Origin: Camelus ferus
Taxonomy: Eukaryota
Assembly: GCF_009834535.1 (NCBI RefSeq)
Contig: NC_045696.1
Location: forward strand, 73,968,001 to 74,032,000
DNA length: 64,000 nucleotides
Reading direction: 5' to 3'
Under the pieces are notes generated by a model. The model was given only the letters and a program-made list of their open reading frames with translations. It did no database searches and was not told the origin of the DNA. A program made the translations under genes and the position numbers. Positions 38,969 through 51,720 of this stretch are shown here, one piece after another. The number at the start of each line of letters is the position of its first letter. Positions within the stretch are counted from its first letter, which is position 1.

Positions 38969-39714
38969 CTTAAACCCTTCTCACTTGGAGACCCATAATG
39001 ACAAGTGAAGCTAGAACAATTAGTACACTTATCAGTTTGCATATTTAGTTATTTTGTTTCCTGGAAAATCTTACATTGTTTTATTGATGACCCCAGAAGA
39101 TAGTGGTTAGGTATACACGTGTTCTAGTCTGACCCAGCAAATACACAATATGCTTTTGAGAATGTGATATAAAGTGGCATATACTAGCAAGAAAATTACT
39201 CAGTGCTTTTTAAGTGACTTAATTTTTTGAAATAATAGATTGAAAACACATCCAAATTAGGTAATGTAGAGTTCTTGTGGCAGAGAACGTTTGAGTAAAT
39301 CCTGGGTAAAATTACTTCCTAAATCAGTTGTATGGAAGAGAATTTAATTGAAGAGAATGAATACACCCCCACTGTTCTCTTTTCTTTGTTAGGCTTTAAA
39401 TAGATAATGGACAACGCCAGCTGTAATCTAATTGAAGTCAGTAGTCCCCAGGTGTTCAGAGAGGCTTCTCAGTCAAAATTTTCCAAATCAGGTCTGATGT
39501 AGCTAAGCCTTTCCAAGGGCATTAAAATTGAAGTACATGTGTATTTCTTTTCAGTACTCCTAACTTAATGATGCCTTTTCTTGTGATTAAATGCACTAGT
39601 AAAACTGACTATTTTAAATTTAATTTATGGTAGTCAAGACAAGATTTCACTGATAGTAGAAGTTATAGCAGGCAGTCCATTTCTAACGAGAGAGTATTCT
39701 AAATTTTAGAATAA

Positions 39715-39850
39715 ATATTAGACTTAGAAGCTCCCTTTCCCAATGTCAGGTGAAGACATTGAGTCCCAAAGAGATTTAATGACTTTTTAAGGTCAATCAA
39801 ATTATTGGTAGCATAACTTTATTAAAAGTTTGGTCATTGGTCACCTGGCT
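39715..39850 (-). mobile_element. MIR SINE fragment
   Basis: caggtgaagacattgagtcccaaagagatttaatgactttttaaggtca. Confidence 0.5.
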
Positions 39851-39959
39851 ACAAGGGTCAGGTAGGAAACATAATTCAGGGTTATAAATTAGAACATGGA
39901 AGGTGGTGATAAAGAAATACATAAGCACAGGTGAAGGGGTCACTGCCACACAGATGCAG

Positions 39960-40148
39960 CTGATGATTTACATGTGAAAATGGAGGTTCAGTATAGCAGA
40001 TCATATGATTTTTAATTATCAGCTGGGACTCCAGATATTTTATGTAAAATATTTCAATTTTAAAATGCTAACAACAAAGAAAAAGAAAAACAAAAAACTG
40101 TATGAGTCTAACAAAACACACTTCCAGGGCAGATTTTGCCCATAGGGT
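39960..40148 (+). mobile_element. MER102-like hAT-Charlie MITE fragment
   Basis: ccagatattttatgtaaaat...aacaaaacacacttccagggcagattttgccc...tctctg. Confidence 0.6.
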
Positions 40149-40905
40149 TGCACTTTTACAGTCTCTGACCCAGGCCTTTGCTCTCTCAGTTTAGTGTGCC
40201 TTCATCAGTGATTTCTAGCAGCTCTCTGAAGTTCCCCTAGTAGCTGCTGTAGGAGTTGAGGAGAGGCCAGGTGGATAGGGTTCTGGTCCTTCCAATCCCA
40301 TATCAACAAGGTCTCCACATAAGGACTGTTTGTGAAGAAGTGTTTAACTAATGATACTTATTTCACTAGTACCTCCTTACATGAAAATAAAAACTTAAGA
40401 TCCTTCCCACTGTCCTTGAGGCAAAGTCATTTGATTTACAAGGCCAATGAAGAAAAACAAAATCATAAAAGAGAAACTCTTACCTCAAATGGGCACTATC
40501 CTGATGAAAAATAGTCAAGTTACCCTAATAATTTAGCACATTAATCAGCTAATTTTGGCACTGCTTATTGTGGAAAATTACCTGTGAAATGTAGCTGTAC
40601 ACATTTATTTATGTACATATATGTACATATGTATGTAAGAGAGAGAGGACACTCTATTTAGCGCTAGAATTACACTTTTTTCTTTCCCTTCTTCATGGCA
40701 TTGAAAGAGAATTAAGTCCAGACATGAAGGAATGATGAGCTATTAGAATACCAGTGTTATCTGAGATGGAATTGGTGTTATGAAACGAGGGAGGTTATCA
40801 GTATTATCAACTTTGGCATTCATTGACAGTCTCCACTATTTGTGAGCCTCTGGAAGGCTGATGTTATATAATGTATAGTCATTTTTTTCCAAGACACAAA
40901 TGTTA

Positions 40906-41355
40906 TTTTACTTTTATTTATTTATTTTTAATTGAAGTATAGTTGGTTTTTATATTCATATCCTTTTCATATTCTTTTTCATCATAGGCTATTGTGGGGT
41001 ACTGAATATAGTTCCCTGTGCTAAACAGTAGGACCTTGTTGTTTATCTATTTTATATATAATAGTTAGTATCTGTAAATCCTGAACTCTCAATTTATCAC
41101 TCCACTCCCCCTTTCCCCTCCTGGTAACCACAATTTTGTTTTCTGTGTTTGTGAGTATGTTTCTAAATAAGTTCATTTGTGTCTTTTTTTTTTTTTTTTT
41201 TTTTTTTTTTAGATTCCACAAAAAGTGATATCATATCAATGGCATTTGTCTTTCTTTTTCTGGCTTACTTCATTTAGTATGGCAATCTGCAGGTCCGTCC
41301 ATGTTGCTGCAAATGGCATTATTTTGTTCTTTTTTGTGGCTGAGTACTGTATTTA

Positions 41356-41387
<32 letters not shown>

Positions 41388-41388
41388 T

Positions 41389-41425
<37 letters not shown>

Positions 41426-41484
41426 TACATACTGCATCTTCTTTAGCCAGTCATTTGTCAGTGGACATTCATGTTGCTTCCATG
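40906..41484 (-). mobile_element. 5'-truncated lineage-type LINE-1 3' end with TSD
   Basis: ttaattgaagtatagttg...aatatagttccctgtgct...tagattccaca; 17-bp TSD ccaagacacaaatgtta (40889-40905) / ccaagatacaaatttta (41485-41501). Confidence 0.92.
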
Positions 41485-41544
41485 CCAAGATACAAATTTT
41501 AATTGCATGGTCAATGATTGCTATGGAGGAGAGGGACAATTAAC

Positions 41545-41680
41545 TGCTGTGCAAACTTAGACTATCATTAAACATTTGTAAGGATGAAATAAGTTAATAC
41601 AGTTAAATAAGTTAATACAGGTACAGTGTATCTAGCATGGAGAAAATATTTAATCAATAGTGGCTGGTATTATGATTAAT
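41545..41680 (+). mobile_element. MIR 3' fragment
   Basis: ttgtaaggatgaaataagttaatac...tcaatagtggctggtattat. Confidence 0.5.
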
Positions 41681-42944
41681 TATTTCTTTATGTTGTGGCT
41701 TTACTGTTTAGAATGCACTACCCATCACCTTTGCTTGATGACCTGTTATGATACAGTTCAAATGCTATGTCCCCTAATACCTTGACTGAGAAATATTACA
41801 CAGGCACATCATTTCTGATACATACTCTTCTCCAGATTCCTTTTGTATCTACCCTAATGAGGTTGGATAGTACATGGTATAAAATTTAAGGATGACCTTA
41901 TTATTTATTATAATGTTTTATCATGTGCAGGATTGTGTAGGGTATAAGACTTTCCCTTCCCTAAGGCTTACAGAATATTGATTTGAAATCATGTTATGTG
42001 AGCTAAAATAATCAAATTTATGTAGTCATTGATGTAAGTTGTCAAACTATAATAGGAAGGTAAAAATAAATATTGTCATTGAATAAAACTTTTCATAAAA
42101 ATTATGAGAAATTAAAAAATATAATCATTGTGAAAAATAATCAAGGCTGTCTTCTTTTGCTGTATTTACTAACAACTCTCTACATGTGGACTTTATGAGA
42201 CATTTGGGTTTTGAATCAAAGCAGTAAATATATAATTTATTTTGTTTTTGAGCTGTGCCTTCGTAAATACATTTCAATGCATAGTTGAGCTAAATTTCAT
42301 TTAGTTTATTTTATTCCACTTTTGAAGATCATCTACCTCGTCTCTAACTTGCACTTATGAATATTTTACTCAATAATGCTTTAACTCAATAATGAGAAAT
42401 TGGAGTTATTCTCTTAAGTTAAAAAAGAAAAAGGAATCTTCTATGGGGGAGGGAGCTGCAGTGTTCTTGACTTTCTGAAATGTTTGCATGTCTAATTGAC
42501 TGAGAGATATTTTGGGGGTCACACCTATGATCTCCTAGCCACTCTGCATGGCTACACACTGAGATTTTTCAGCCATCTTAATTTGCAGATTGATAAACTG
42601 ACAGTCAACTTCAGGAATTTCTCATAGAAATATTTTGTGGAAACTAAACTTCAGTAGTCACTATAGGAATTAAGGTTTAAAAAATTATGTCACTACCATT
42701 TTCTTGAACTTGGCAAATGAAGTAGATAAAACTTTCTCTACTTCTCCTATTTTACAATGAAAAAAAATCACTTAAGAATGTGTTCTTTTTAGTTGACTGT
42801 TTATAGACTTTAATGGACTTGAAGGTCAGACTTGATTGCCACATTAACTGTGTAGTATTGGGAGGTTTGGTGTTTTAGTTATTTTTTTTATAAGATCAGA
42901 AACAACTCACTGTGTCTAGAGCTTCAAGTTTGTAATGATGCATA

Positions 42945-43270
42945 GTATTAGTTAGAACTCTAGGTTGCAAGTTCTAGAAAATGAAACTCAAACTGGCATA
43001 AACAAAATATGGAATTGAACACTTCACATAACTCAAAAGCCTAGGAAGTATGGCTGACTTTTGGTGAAGTTTGACCCAAGGGCTCAAATGATGTCATCAG
43101 GATTCTATTTCTTCCTATTCATTGGCTCTGCCTTCCACTGCTTTCTACTGTAGGGGCTGAGTTTTTAACAACATGGCAAGTGCTGTTTTGAATTCCTGGA
43201 GTAAGAGAAGGAGCAGTTCCCTTAAGAAGAAGAAGGGTTTGGGCCATGTGGCGTTCTGTTCAGGAGAAGA
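42945..43270 (-). mobile_element. Old MLT1 (MaLR) LTR
   Basis: tattagttagaactctaggttgcaag...aactcaaactggcataaacaaaa is the reverse complement of an MLT1 3' end. Confidence 0.65.
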
Positions 43271-44059
43271 GATAGGTATAGGACATCCTAATAATATCTA
43301 CTTCAGAAGCCAGATTTGAAGCATGTGACCTAGTAAGTCATCTGTAACCAAAGGAAAAGGAATTTTAATTTGAATTTTTAATTGCATCAGATTTTTAGTA
43401 GCTTTACTCATGCATCTCAGTAGTAGGGATATGCATGCCAGGAAGACCAGATGTTCATCTTCACTGTCCTTCTCCTTGAGAAATGCTTAGATGGCTCCTA
43501 CCTGTGTTTAGCTCTACAACACTTATTTCTGCTCCAATTCTAAATAGACACATTGTTTAGATTTGTTAATACGGTTAGCAATCTGTTTCTCTAAGATTCT
43601 GCCTATTTCTGATGTATTTCACTATGTGTTGTTTTTATTATTTAATTATCAGAGGGAAATTTTGTTTTCAAATTCTGGGCAGGAAGCTAAGTGTTGCCCT
43701 ATTTATCACCTAATCCATTCAGAATTTTGGAGTGTTTCGCACATTTTTCTGAAGAGGCAAAGGTAATTTAGCAGAGTAATTTCTTTTATAAGTAAATTCT
43801 TAAGTACTAAGTGTACCTTAACGTGTTACTTTTGTTATTAAGCAACCTACTTTGTTCTGCACAAAGCATAATTTGGCTGTATATAAGTAAATTTAGAGGA
43901 TTAGGGAGAAATCTATGAAATTGTTTTTACCATCTGCTTTGATGTAGAAAGATGCAGTAGTAGCTGCTGGAATATTCTTCACTTCATTTTTTTCCATTTA
44001 CCTTATTCTACCTTTCTCATCATGCATTACCTCTTTAACCAAGATTTTTTATATGACAG

Positions 44060-44833
44060 TACTGTCCTCATATTTATCCAAACCCCAAACCCGAAGTCAT
44101 CACATATGCCCTCATCTTGTTCAGCCCACGTCAATTAGTCACTAAATCCTATGTATTCGACTTCCTGAAAGCTTTCTGCTCCCTTTCACTCCGTTGCTGC
44201 GGGTCTTCACAACTTCTCAGCTACCTGTTGCCACTCTCCAAACAGGGTCTGTCTGCTTTAAGTCCTTCCCCACCCCAACTCTCCCAATTCTGGTTCTAGC
44301 CTCATCTTAGCCCTGCAGTAAAGGTTATTTTTTTCTGATATGCTGATTTGATTGTATAACTCCTTTTAGATGAACTCTTATAGCCTTCAGGATGTGGTTC
44401 TGATGCCATAGTTGGCCCACAAAGTCCATTGTGATCTGGCATGTGACCACTTATTCAGCTTAATTTTCTGCCTTGGTGGCATATGTATTTTTTGCTCTAG
44501 ACAAATCAAATGAACTTGCATCTTTTTTTCTTTTACACAGATCACTTTGCAAATGACTTTGTCCCCCCTCTTTCTCAGTAACTCTTACTCATCCTTCTAA
44601 ATTTTGTTCAATCATTATCTTTCTTCTAGTGGCTCTTAAAATCACCAGGACTCAATCTGATGCCCTTAATCTAGCCTTTTTAACACTTTAGCATAGCACT
44701 TTGCACACTGCAATGTAAGTGTTGATTTACTTGTTGCCTTCCATATGGTAAGTGATGGCTTGAGGGTAAGGTCTGAATCTGGAGTAGTACTAGGCCCTTG
44801 GGAGGTGCTCAGTAAATATTTACTGACTGAATG
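44060..44833 (+). mobile_element. L2 3' region
   Basis: Pyrimidine-rich L2 body ending ggaggtgctcagtaaatatttactgactgaatg. Confidence 0.75.
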
Positions 44834-45300
44834 TGTGGTGGTTAATTTTCATGTGTCAGCTTGGCTAGGCTATGGTCCCCAGTGGTTTGGTCAAATACTA
44901 GTCTAGATTTTGCCGTGAAGGTGTTTAGTAATGTGATTAAGAAGATTAACAATTATAATCGGTTGACTTTGAGTAAAGCAGGTTACCCTCCATAATGTGG
45001 ATAGACCTCATCCAATAAGCTGAAGGTCTTAACAGCAAAATCAGTTTTTTGGAGAAGAAATTTTACCTATAACAGAAATCTTGCATGAGTTTCCAGACTG
45101 CTGGCCTGCCTTACAAATTTCAGACCCAACTCTGCAACTTCCAACTTTTGTCTGAGTCTCCAGCTGGCCAACCTACCCTACAGATTTCAGACTTACCAGC
45201 TTTGACAAGCATGTGAGCCAGTTCCTTAAAATAAATCTCATTCTCTTTATGTGTGTGTTTATTCTTGGTTCCGTTTCTTTAGAGTATCCTGACTGATACA
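44834..45300 (+). mobile_element. MLT2 (ERVL) solo LTR inserted in an L2 tail
   Basis: tgtggtggttaattttcatgtgtcagcttgg...cctgactgataca; perfect 5-bp TSD gaatg (44829-44833 and 45301-45305). Confidence 0.92.
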
Positions 45301-46199
45301 GAATGTATTAATTGAGTTAGGACATTCTGAACATATTTTATCCCAATCATTTGGAGAGATACTATAAATATTATAGTTTCATATTTAATGAAATAAAAGA
45401 ATACAGGTTAGTTGCATCTAAATTTAATTAAGCTCTCACAGGAAGCTTCTAATAAAATGTTATTTGTTGAGAACTGTATGTGCAAAACTTTTAGTGGACT
45501 AAGTTTATGACATTTAAATATTGCATCTTTGTAGCAATTCAGAAAGTGAAAATAGGGTCTTTTTACTGGAGGCTTAGGAGTCCACCTTTAAAAGATCGGA
45601 TTACGGGAATATTGGCATCCTTGGTTCTAAACTTGTTTTTTTGTTCATCAGTATTTTTGGTGATAGAGTTCTGGTCAGTTTTGCAAAAATAACCTGAAAT
45701 TCAAAGTATGGTTTGCACTTCTATTTACATGTTTTTATAACATGCCAAAAATGTGATAAAGTGTTAGAGCTCTTTGAGCTAATTTCCATTTATTTCCCTG
45801 AAATGTTCTATGAGGAAATGGAGAGCAACAATGGAATTTTACAGCTATGCAGGCATTGACTTATCCTTTATCTAAGGCATTATTCACCTCAGTGGACAGA
45901 CTAATTTTCTTTCATCGAGATATCAGAAAAATAGATTTCCCATATAAAGCAAAAATGAGCCAGAGAAGATTAAGATAAATATGTCTATGTGAACTAACAT
46001 CTCTCTCTCTAAACCAAGTAATTAGTAGGATCTTGAAGTTTAAACAATTGCCAAATGCCTGTGAGATAAATAAATTTAAAAAACATTTATGGAAAAGTAA
46101 GAGTTACAATGGCTGCAAGCTAAGCAGTCTTCTTGTAGGTCTTAGTTTTGGTGTTATCAGATACTTCTGACTTAATCCAACTTTGTGCCATTTGAGCTA

Positions 46200-46705
46200 A
46201 GATTTAATTCAGCATTTAGTGTGCCTCTACTATGAATAAAGCCCTATACTAGATGTTTTGGGAGACTCAAAGATGATATGTAACTTGAAACAGATTGAGT
46301 TAGAAATAATTAATAGAAGTACAAAAATGTTTTAGAGAGAAAAATGGCTAAAAGGTAAGACTAATTCCAAGTAATAGAAGTTGGGTATGGTTCACAGGAT
46401 TGGAATTTGAGCTGGACCTTGAGAAACGATCCAGTACTTTGAGTAACAGATATTGGAGCGGGAAAGAAGTTTCCAAGCATCAGAACAATTTGAACATCAA
46501 AAGGAAGATATGGAAGGCAGGAAAGCACAAAGCCATTTGGAGCAGGGTTCCAAATCCAGATAATGGTTGGAGAGGGAAATCTTGGCACCCAGGAGACTAG
46601 TTTTAAGGTTATTTTAGTGATCCAGAGGAGCACTGATGAGAGTCTGAGCTCAGACAGGGGTGATGGGAGATAAAAGGAAGCGCATATGAAAGACAGTGTA
46701 GAAAT
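46200..46705 (-). mobile_element. L2 fragment
   Basis: ttaattcagcatttagtgtgcctctactatg...tttgagctggaccttga. Confidence 0.65.
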
Positions 46706-47124
46706 ATTATGTAATATTTTAAGGCCTCAGATAAGATGAACTCTTTAAAAATGAAATTTCTTCTGTTTGTAAATAGACTTTTGCTAATAACCTAAACTAA
46801 ATTTAAAAAGAAAGAATTCAAATCTCACAGAAATTTAAGTAATCATGGTAAAAATACATGAATATTCATCTATTGTTTTTACCTCTTCCAATAAAAAGGT
46901 GGATCTTTAGAATGGAAAAATATAGTGTAAACATCTATGAAAAAGTAAATAGAGTGCTGAATTGTTTTAAGTTCGATTGTTTAGTCTTAATTAAACTGAA
47001 TCCTAGGGTATGAAAGAACTTTTGGTGTGTCACAGGCCAATAATTATTGGTGATTTTGAAGGGCCCTATAGAATGGGGATGGACAGGATGCAGAGATGGG
47101 TAACAACTATTTAAATTGTTAAAG

Positions 47125-47162
47125 GTGTGTGTGTGTGTGTGTGTGTCTGTCTGTCTGTCTGT
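47125..47162 (+). repeat. Compound (GT)n(CTGT)n microsatellite
   Basis: Directly visible. Confidence 0.95.
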
Positions 47163-47589
47163 TAGATGTGGATGGAGGGATATATCTTCTGGGAATAGAA
47201 TAATGAATTTAACAACAATTCCTAGAAGAATCTGGAAGAGAATTGAAGAGTAGATTATTATGTACATAGAAATAATGTGTTCAATATTAGGAAACATCAG
47301 GGGTTCAAAGAACAAATCATGCTCAATTTGGTTCCTTTTTATTTTAATTGTTTTGTTATAACAGTAGTATATATTCATGAAAGAAAATTTGAACCACCCA
47401 GAAAAAATAATCTAAATATAAACTTCATTGACATTTGTCTGAGTCTCCAGCTGGCCAGCCTACCCTACAGATTGTACATTTCTTGCCCTTAGTTTTGGGA
47501 CTTCTGTGTAATGTGTTTAGAGGTCATTTTTAGATTTAATTTTTATTAAGTCCAAAAAATATGCAAATATCATTTATTTTAAAAAAATT

Positions 47590-48860
47590 TTATCAAATTA
47601 TTCTTCAAGACTCATAATGAAAATTAGCAGTCCCTTGCCCTGTTCTCAATACCAGAAGCAACTGTTTTCGACTGTTTTTGCTGTTTCTTTTGGAATTTAC
47701 TTTTGTATTTACAATAATAGATTTTTCTTTGATGACATGACTTTCTAGATCTATTGACTTTCTGTTATGGAAGATGAGAATTTGCTCTCTCGCTCCAGCA
47801 TTACCCCTCACCCAACCCCCGCCTATCCACATCTACTTTGTTTTCTCCCATATTGTTAGGTCACAAATTTTTGGTTAAATAAACATTTACTGTCTCTATT
47901 ACTATGATGATTATATAAATTTTATTTACAGTTCTGCTCTTCCGTGTCCTATTATCATATTTCCTTTCTTGTGAAATTTTTTGTTTTCAGGGGAGATCTT
48001 TTTTCTGTGCTTAGTTTTTTAATGTGCTTGTCATTAAGTAAATTATCAATTGATTCAAACACATAAACCAATGCCTCAGTTTCATTGTTTTCTTGGTGAA
48101 ATATTTGTATGATTATCTTGGTGACTTATCTGGAACAATCTGACCTCTGAGCCCAAAGCTCAGCTGGCCCCAGGACTTTCTTCCCTTCACAGTCATCTTA
48201 AGGATTATCCTCACCTTCTTCCTGAATGAGATCCTTTTTTTTTTTTCTAGATTTCACGTTTTCCTATTTGTAGGTTTACTCCCTTGTTTTGGTGGAACAT
48301 ACCCCTCTGTGGCTTCCTGAGAAATAATTTATGGAAGTATACTCTTTGAGACTTTGTATGTCTGAAAATGCTCTTATTTTGCCTTCACTCTTGATTAACA
48401 GTTTCCAGGCACAGATATCTAGGTAGAGAATATTTTTTTCTTCAGAATTTTGAAGGCATTTTTTTCTTTTCCTTTTTTTGGTTTATTTTTCCCTCCTTTT
48501 AAATAAAAATAAGTATGTATTTACACATCTATGTATAGATTCCAGCTAATCCTTCTGTTTTTTTTTGTCCCACCTGTACCCGTACCTTTAGTACTATTTT
48601 CCGTCTTTGAGTCTTTCTGGGATTATTCAGTGTAAATCACTAATGTTTTGGCTCCCTCAGCCATATCTTTTTGTTCTATTAAATTGGTTACTTCTCAAAT
48701 TCAGAATTTTATTTTTATTTTCTCCTGTCTACTGGCTTCTTCTTTCCCATATTCTTTGTGCTTTTGATTTTATGACTTAAAAATTACTTTATTGGCATTT
48801 TGTGAGGGAATGGAGGTAGATTCATGTTCAATAAGCAACTATTTGGTCTGTCTAGAATTT
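47590..48860 (-). mobile_element. Old L1-related (L1M/HAL1-type) fragment
   Basis: gtctgaaaatgctcttattttgccttcactcttgatt...ttcttcagaattttgaaggcatt and related T-rich motifs. Confidence 0.6.
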
Positions 48861-49249
48861 TTTTCTCATTTAATATTCTACATTATGAAAGTCCCTATAT
48901 TATTACACACTCTTGGGTAAACAGTTAAATTAAAGTCAGTGTTTGCATAATATTGCATGAAATGAATATACCATCTTTCTTAACCTTTCTTTTGCTGGTA
49001 TATATTTCAGTTTGGTTTTTTTTATCACAATGAATATGTTTCTGTGATTTTTTTTTTTTAGTATGGAGAATGATTTTAACTAAGAAGGAATTTACTAATG
49101 ATACGCTACCGGATCCTGTATTTGGCCCTGTCATTAACTTTTTTTAGTGGCTTTGATAAAGTAAATTCTCAAAGGCCTCTTCTGCCTGTAGAATAAGGTT
49201 TAGGACAGATTCTATTCATTTTTCATGATTCCAGAAGGCATGATGGATA

Positions 49250-49470
49250 AAAGTTTTTAAGGAGACAGGCTTTAGTTCAATAAAAGAAAAAGTTTTTCTA
49301 TTTAGAGTTGTGCAGAAAAGAAACAGGGCTGCTTAGTATGAAAATAGGCCCTCCTTCACTAAACAGTGAGCTCTAGGAGGGTGGAGACCATCTGGTTTCC
49401 TAAAGTCCAATCAGCCCCTAGGACAGTGCTGTCACAGGGTGGGCACTTAATAAATATTTATTTAATGTTG
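49250..49470 (+). mobile_element. L3/CR1 3' fragment followed by an L2 3' end
   Basis: caataaaagaaaaagtttttcta...cagggctgc...cctccttcact (L3), then tgagctctaggagggtgg...gcacttaataaatattta (L2). Confidence 0.55.
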
Positions 49471-51479
49471 AAAGCATGTATGCTATTTTACCACCAGATA
49501 CAATTGTAGAAGCAGAGATGCTTGTTCTTAGTGAAAAGTTTACCTCTTAAAATCTGTCTTTGAAATTTTCTGCATCCAAAAGGAGACCCTAAAAGCCAAC
49601 AGCTGATAACATAGGGAAAAAAAATGAAACCAATATCTAAAAGTCTCTTTTTTGACACCTGTGTAGAACAGTTATCATTAGTGATACCAAGTTAGATAGC
49701 TAACTCACATGGCTATGTTATTTCAATAGTCGGAAGATTAATGACTTAATTTGCTTTAGTAGTGAGTTCTTCCCATGTCCCCATCTTTTCTGCCTTGTAA
49801 TCACAGGCCATTGTTTTCATTGTTCTCTCCTTAAACTTGATTACAGAGAGTGTTGTTTTTCCCCTGTTGGTGTCCTCTTTATTTAGCAGAATCATTTCAT
49901 TTTGATCATCTTTCTGCCAAAATAATGAAAAAAGATCAAATTACCTAATCAAATATAAAACTTAATCATGTATTTTTGTATTTAATACTTTAAAAAATCA
50001 TCTTATAAGTTAACTTCCTTGCATGTTTATTTATCTTCTTTCTTAATATACATATTTTGCCTAAACAGTCATTATTATTTTGCCTTAGTTAAATGCTTAG
50101 AGTGGGCTAGGAATTTACATGGAATTTGCAGATGGCAAAACTTTAGTTCTTTATAAACCATCTGATATTACTTTGCATGTAAAGCTCAAAGTTATAATAA
50201 TTTGTAACATCCCTGAAAGAAACATGTCCTTTAGTATTCTCTTTTGTATTGCTAGATTGTCTGTCTGGTTCACTGACTTACAACCAACTGTTTCAAAATT
50301 GAACATGGAATTAATAACTCTTGAATACATTTTCCTGAGCCTGTTCAAATAGGGTTAATCTACATCTAAATGCTGATAGCATCATCTTAATGTCTCGTAT
50401 CATTTATCCCTTTTGACATAGTACTTGTAGTGGATAAAAAGAGCTAAATCTCTCCAGGGCAGTGTCCATGATTGACAAGTCTGGATTTCCTGAAAACTGC
50501 TACGAGAGCTCAATAAATATTTGTGAAATAGATTGAATTAAGTATATATTTGAATCCATATTTTTGCGTTGATAAAAACATTATATAAATATAACAGAGA
50601 AAATAATATTTTATTAACTGATATCAGGATTCCTGTTTTAGAAGGGAACTACCTAGTTTAGAAAAGTGCCTTCAGAAATTGCTTTTTTAGGTGGAAGGTG
50701 ATGCCCTCAGGGAGAGCATGAATAAGAAATGAATAGGGATACCTGGGTGTAGGTGGGGAAAAAAAAGACGAAGAAAAGGAGGCAGATAAAGGTGTCTGTG
50801 TTGTGGGGGGAGAGGCTTCTAGACCATGTGGCAGGAACCTGCAGGCTCTGGAGGAAATAGGACATTACAGCTGTGGGGTGGTTAATAATGTCCGAGACTA
50901 CATGTGACTAATATTCCAACTGAAATTGTTTGTATTGCTCTATGTAAACCCCCTTAGTACACAACTCCAGGGAACATGGTTCACTGAACAGTAATATATT
51001 GAATACACCAATGTGAGCCCAAACTTTCATTCAAGTCTACTATAGAAATGTACCTCGAGTGAGTAGTTTGGAGAAGGAATCAAGGAAATCAAGCAGAGTC
51101 CCAGACTGGATTTGGTTTAGAGCAGTAAGAAGAGAATAGCTATAAGAACTGAGAGACATAAAAATCAGAGATTTGGAGCTGTCAATGAGAATTAGCAGAT
51201 GTCACTGGACTTCACATAGCACTTGGGGTAGAGGATAGTCTTTCTGATTTTATTTACAACTAAAAGGCATTGTGAACTCAAATGATACCTGGGTTACATA
51301 GGCATGGCTGAGATTATCAAAGGCCTAAATCCTTTTCACCTCCCTAACAATAGGAAATCCAGTTTTTTGACAACTGGCTAGAGATTCAGTAAGGACCAGA
51401 AAGTTACCAAATCACACAACCTATGATATCACTTATATTTAAGTGAGTTGTCTCACAATAAAGCTAGCTCTATTAGACA

Positions 51480-51720
51480 AAATAAGTATACTATGGGTTA
51501 AGCACTGTTTAAGGACTTTACGTACAATTACATATGGATCTTAACTCTTCACAACAAGCTTACAAGTAAATAGGTTGTTAATTCTAAGTTGACAGGAAAC
51601 TAAGTCATGGAAATGTAAGTCAGTTGCCTAAGCTCTCTCCCAGATCCAGTTAATAGCAGGGCTGGGATTTAAACCTAGGTAGTCTTGTTCCAAATGCCAT
51701 GTTCTTAATAACGATAAATA
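51480..51720 (-). mobile_element. MIR SINE
   Basis: gcactgtttaaggacttta...ggaaactaagtc...gggctgggatttaaacctagg. Confidence 0.75.

Noticed and set aside
39393..39491. Strong-looking splice acceptor followed by a short ATG frame (MDNASCNLIEVSSPQ...)
   Set aside because: Weak donor, early stop, and no recognisable protein; such acceptors are common in AT-rich introns.
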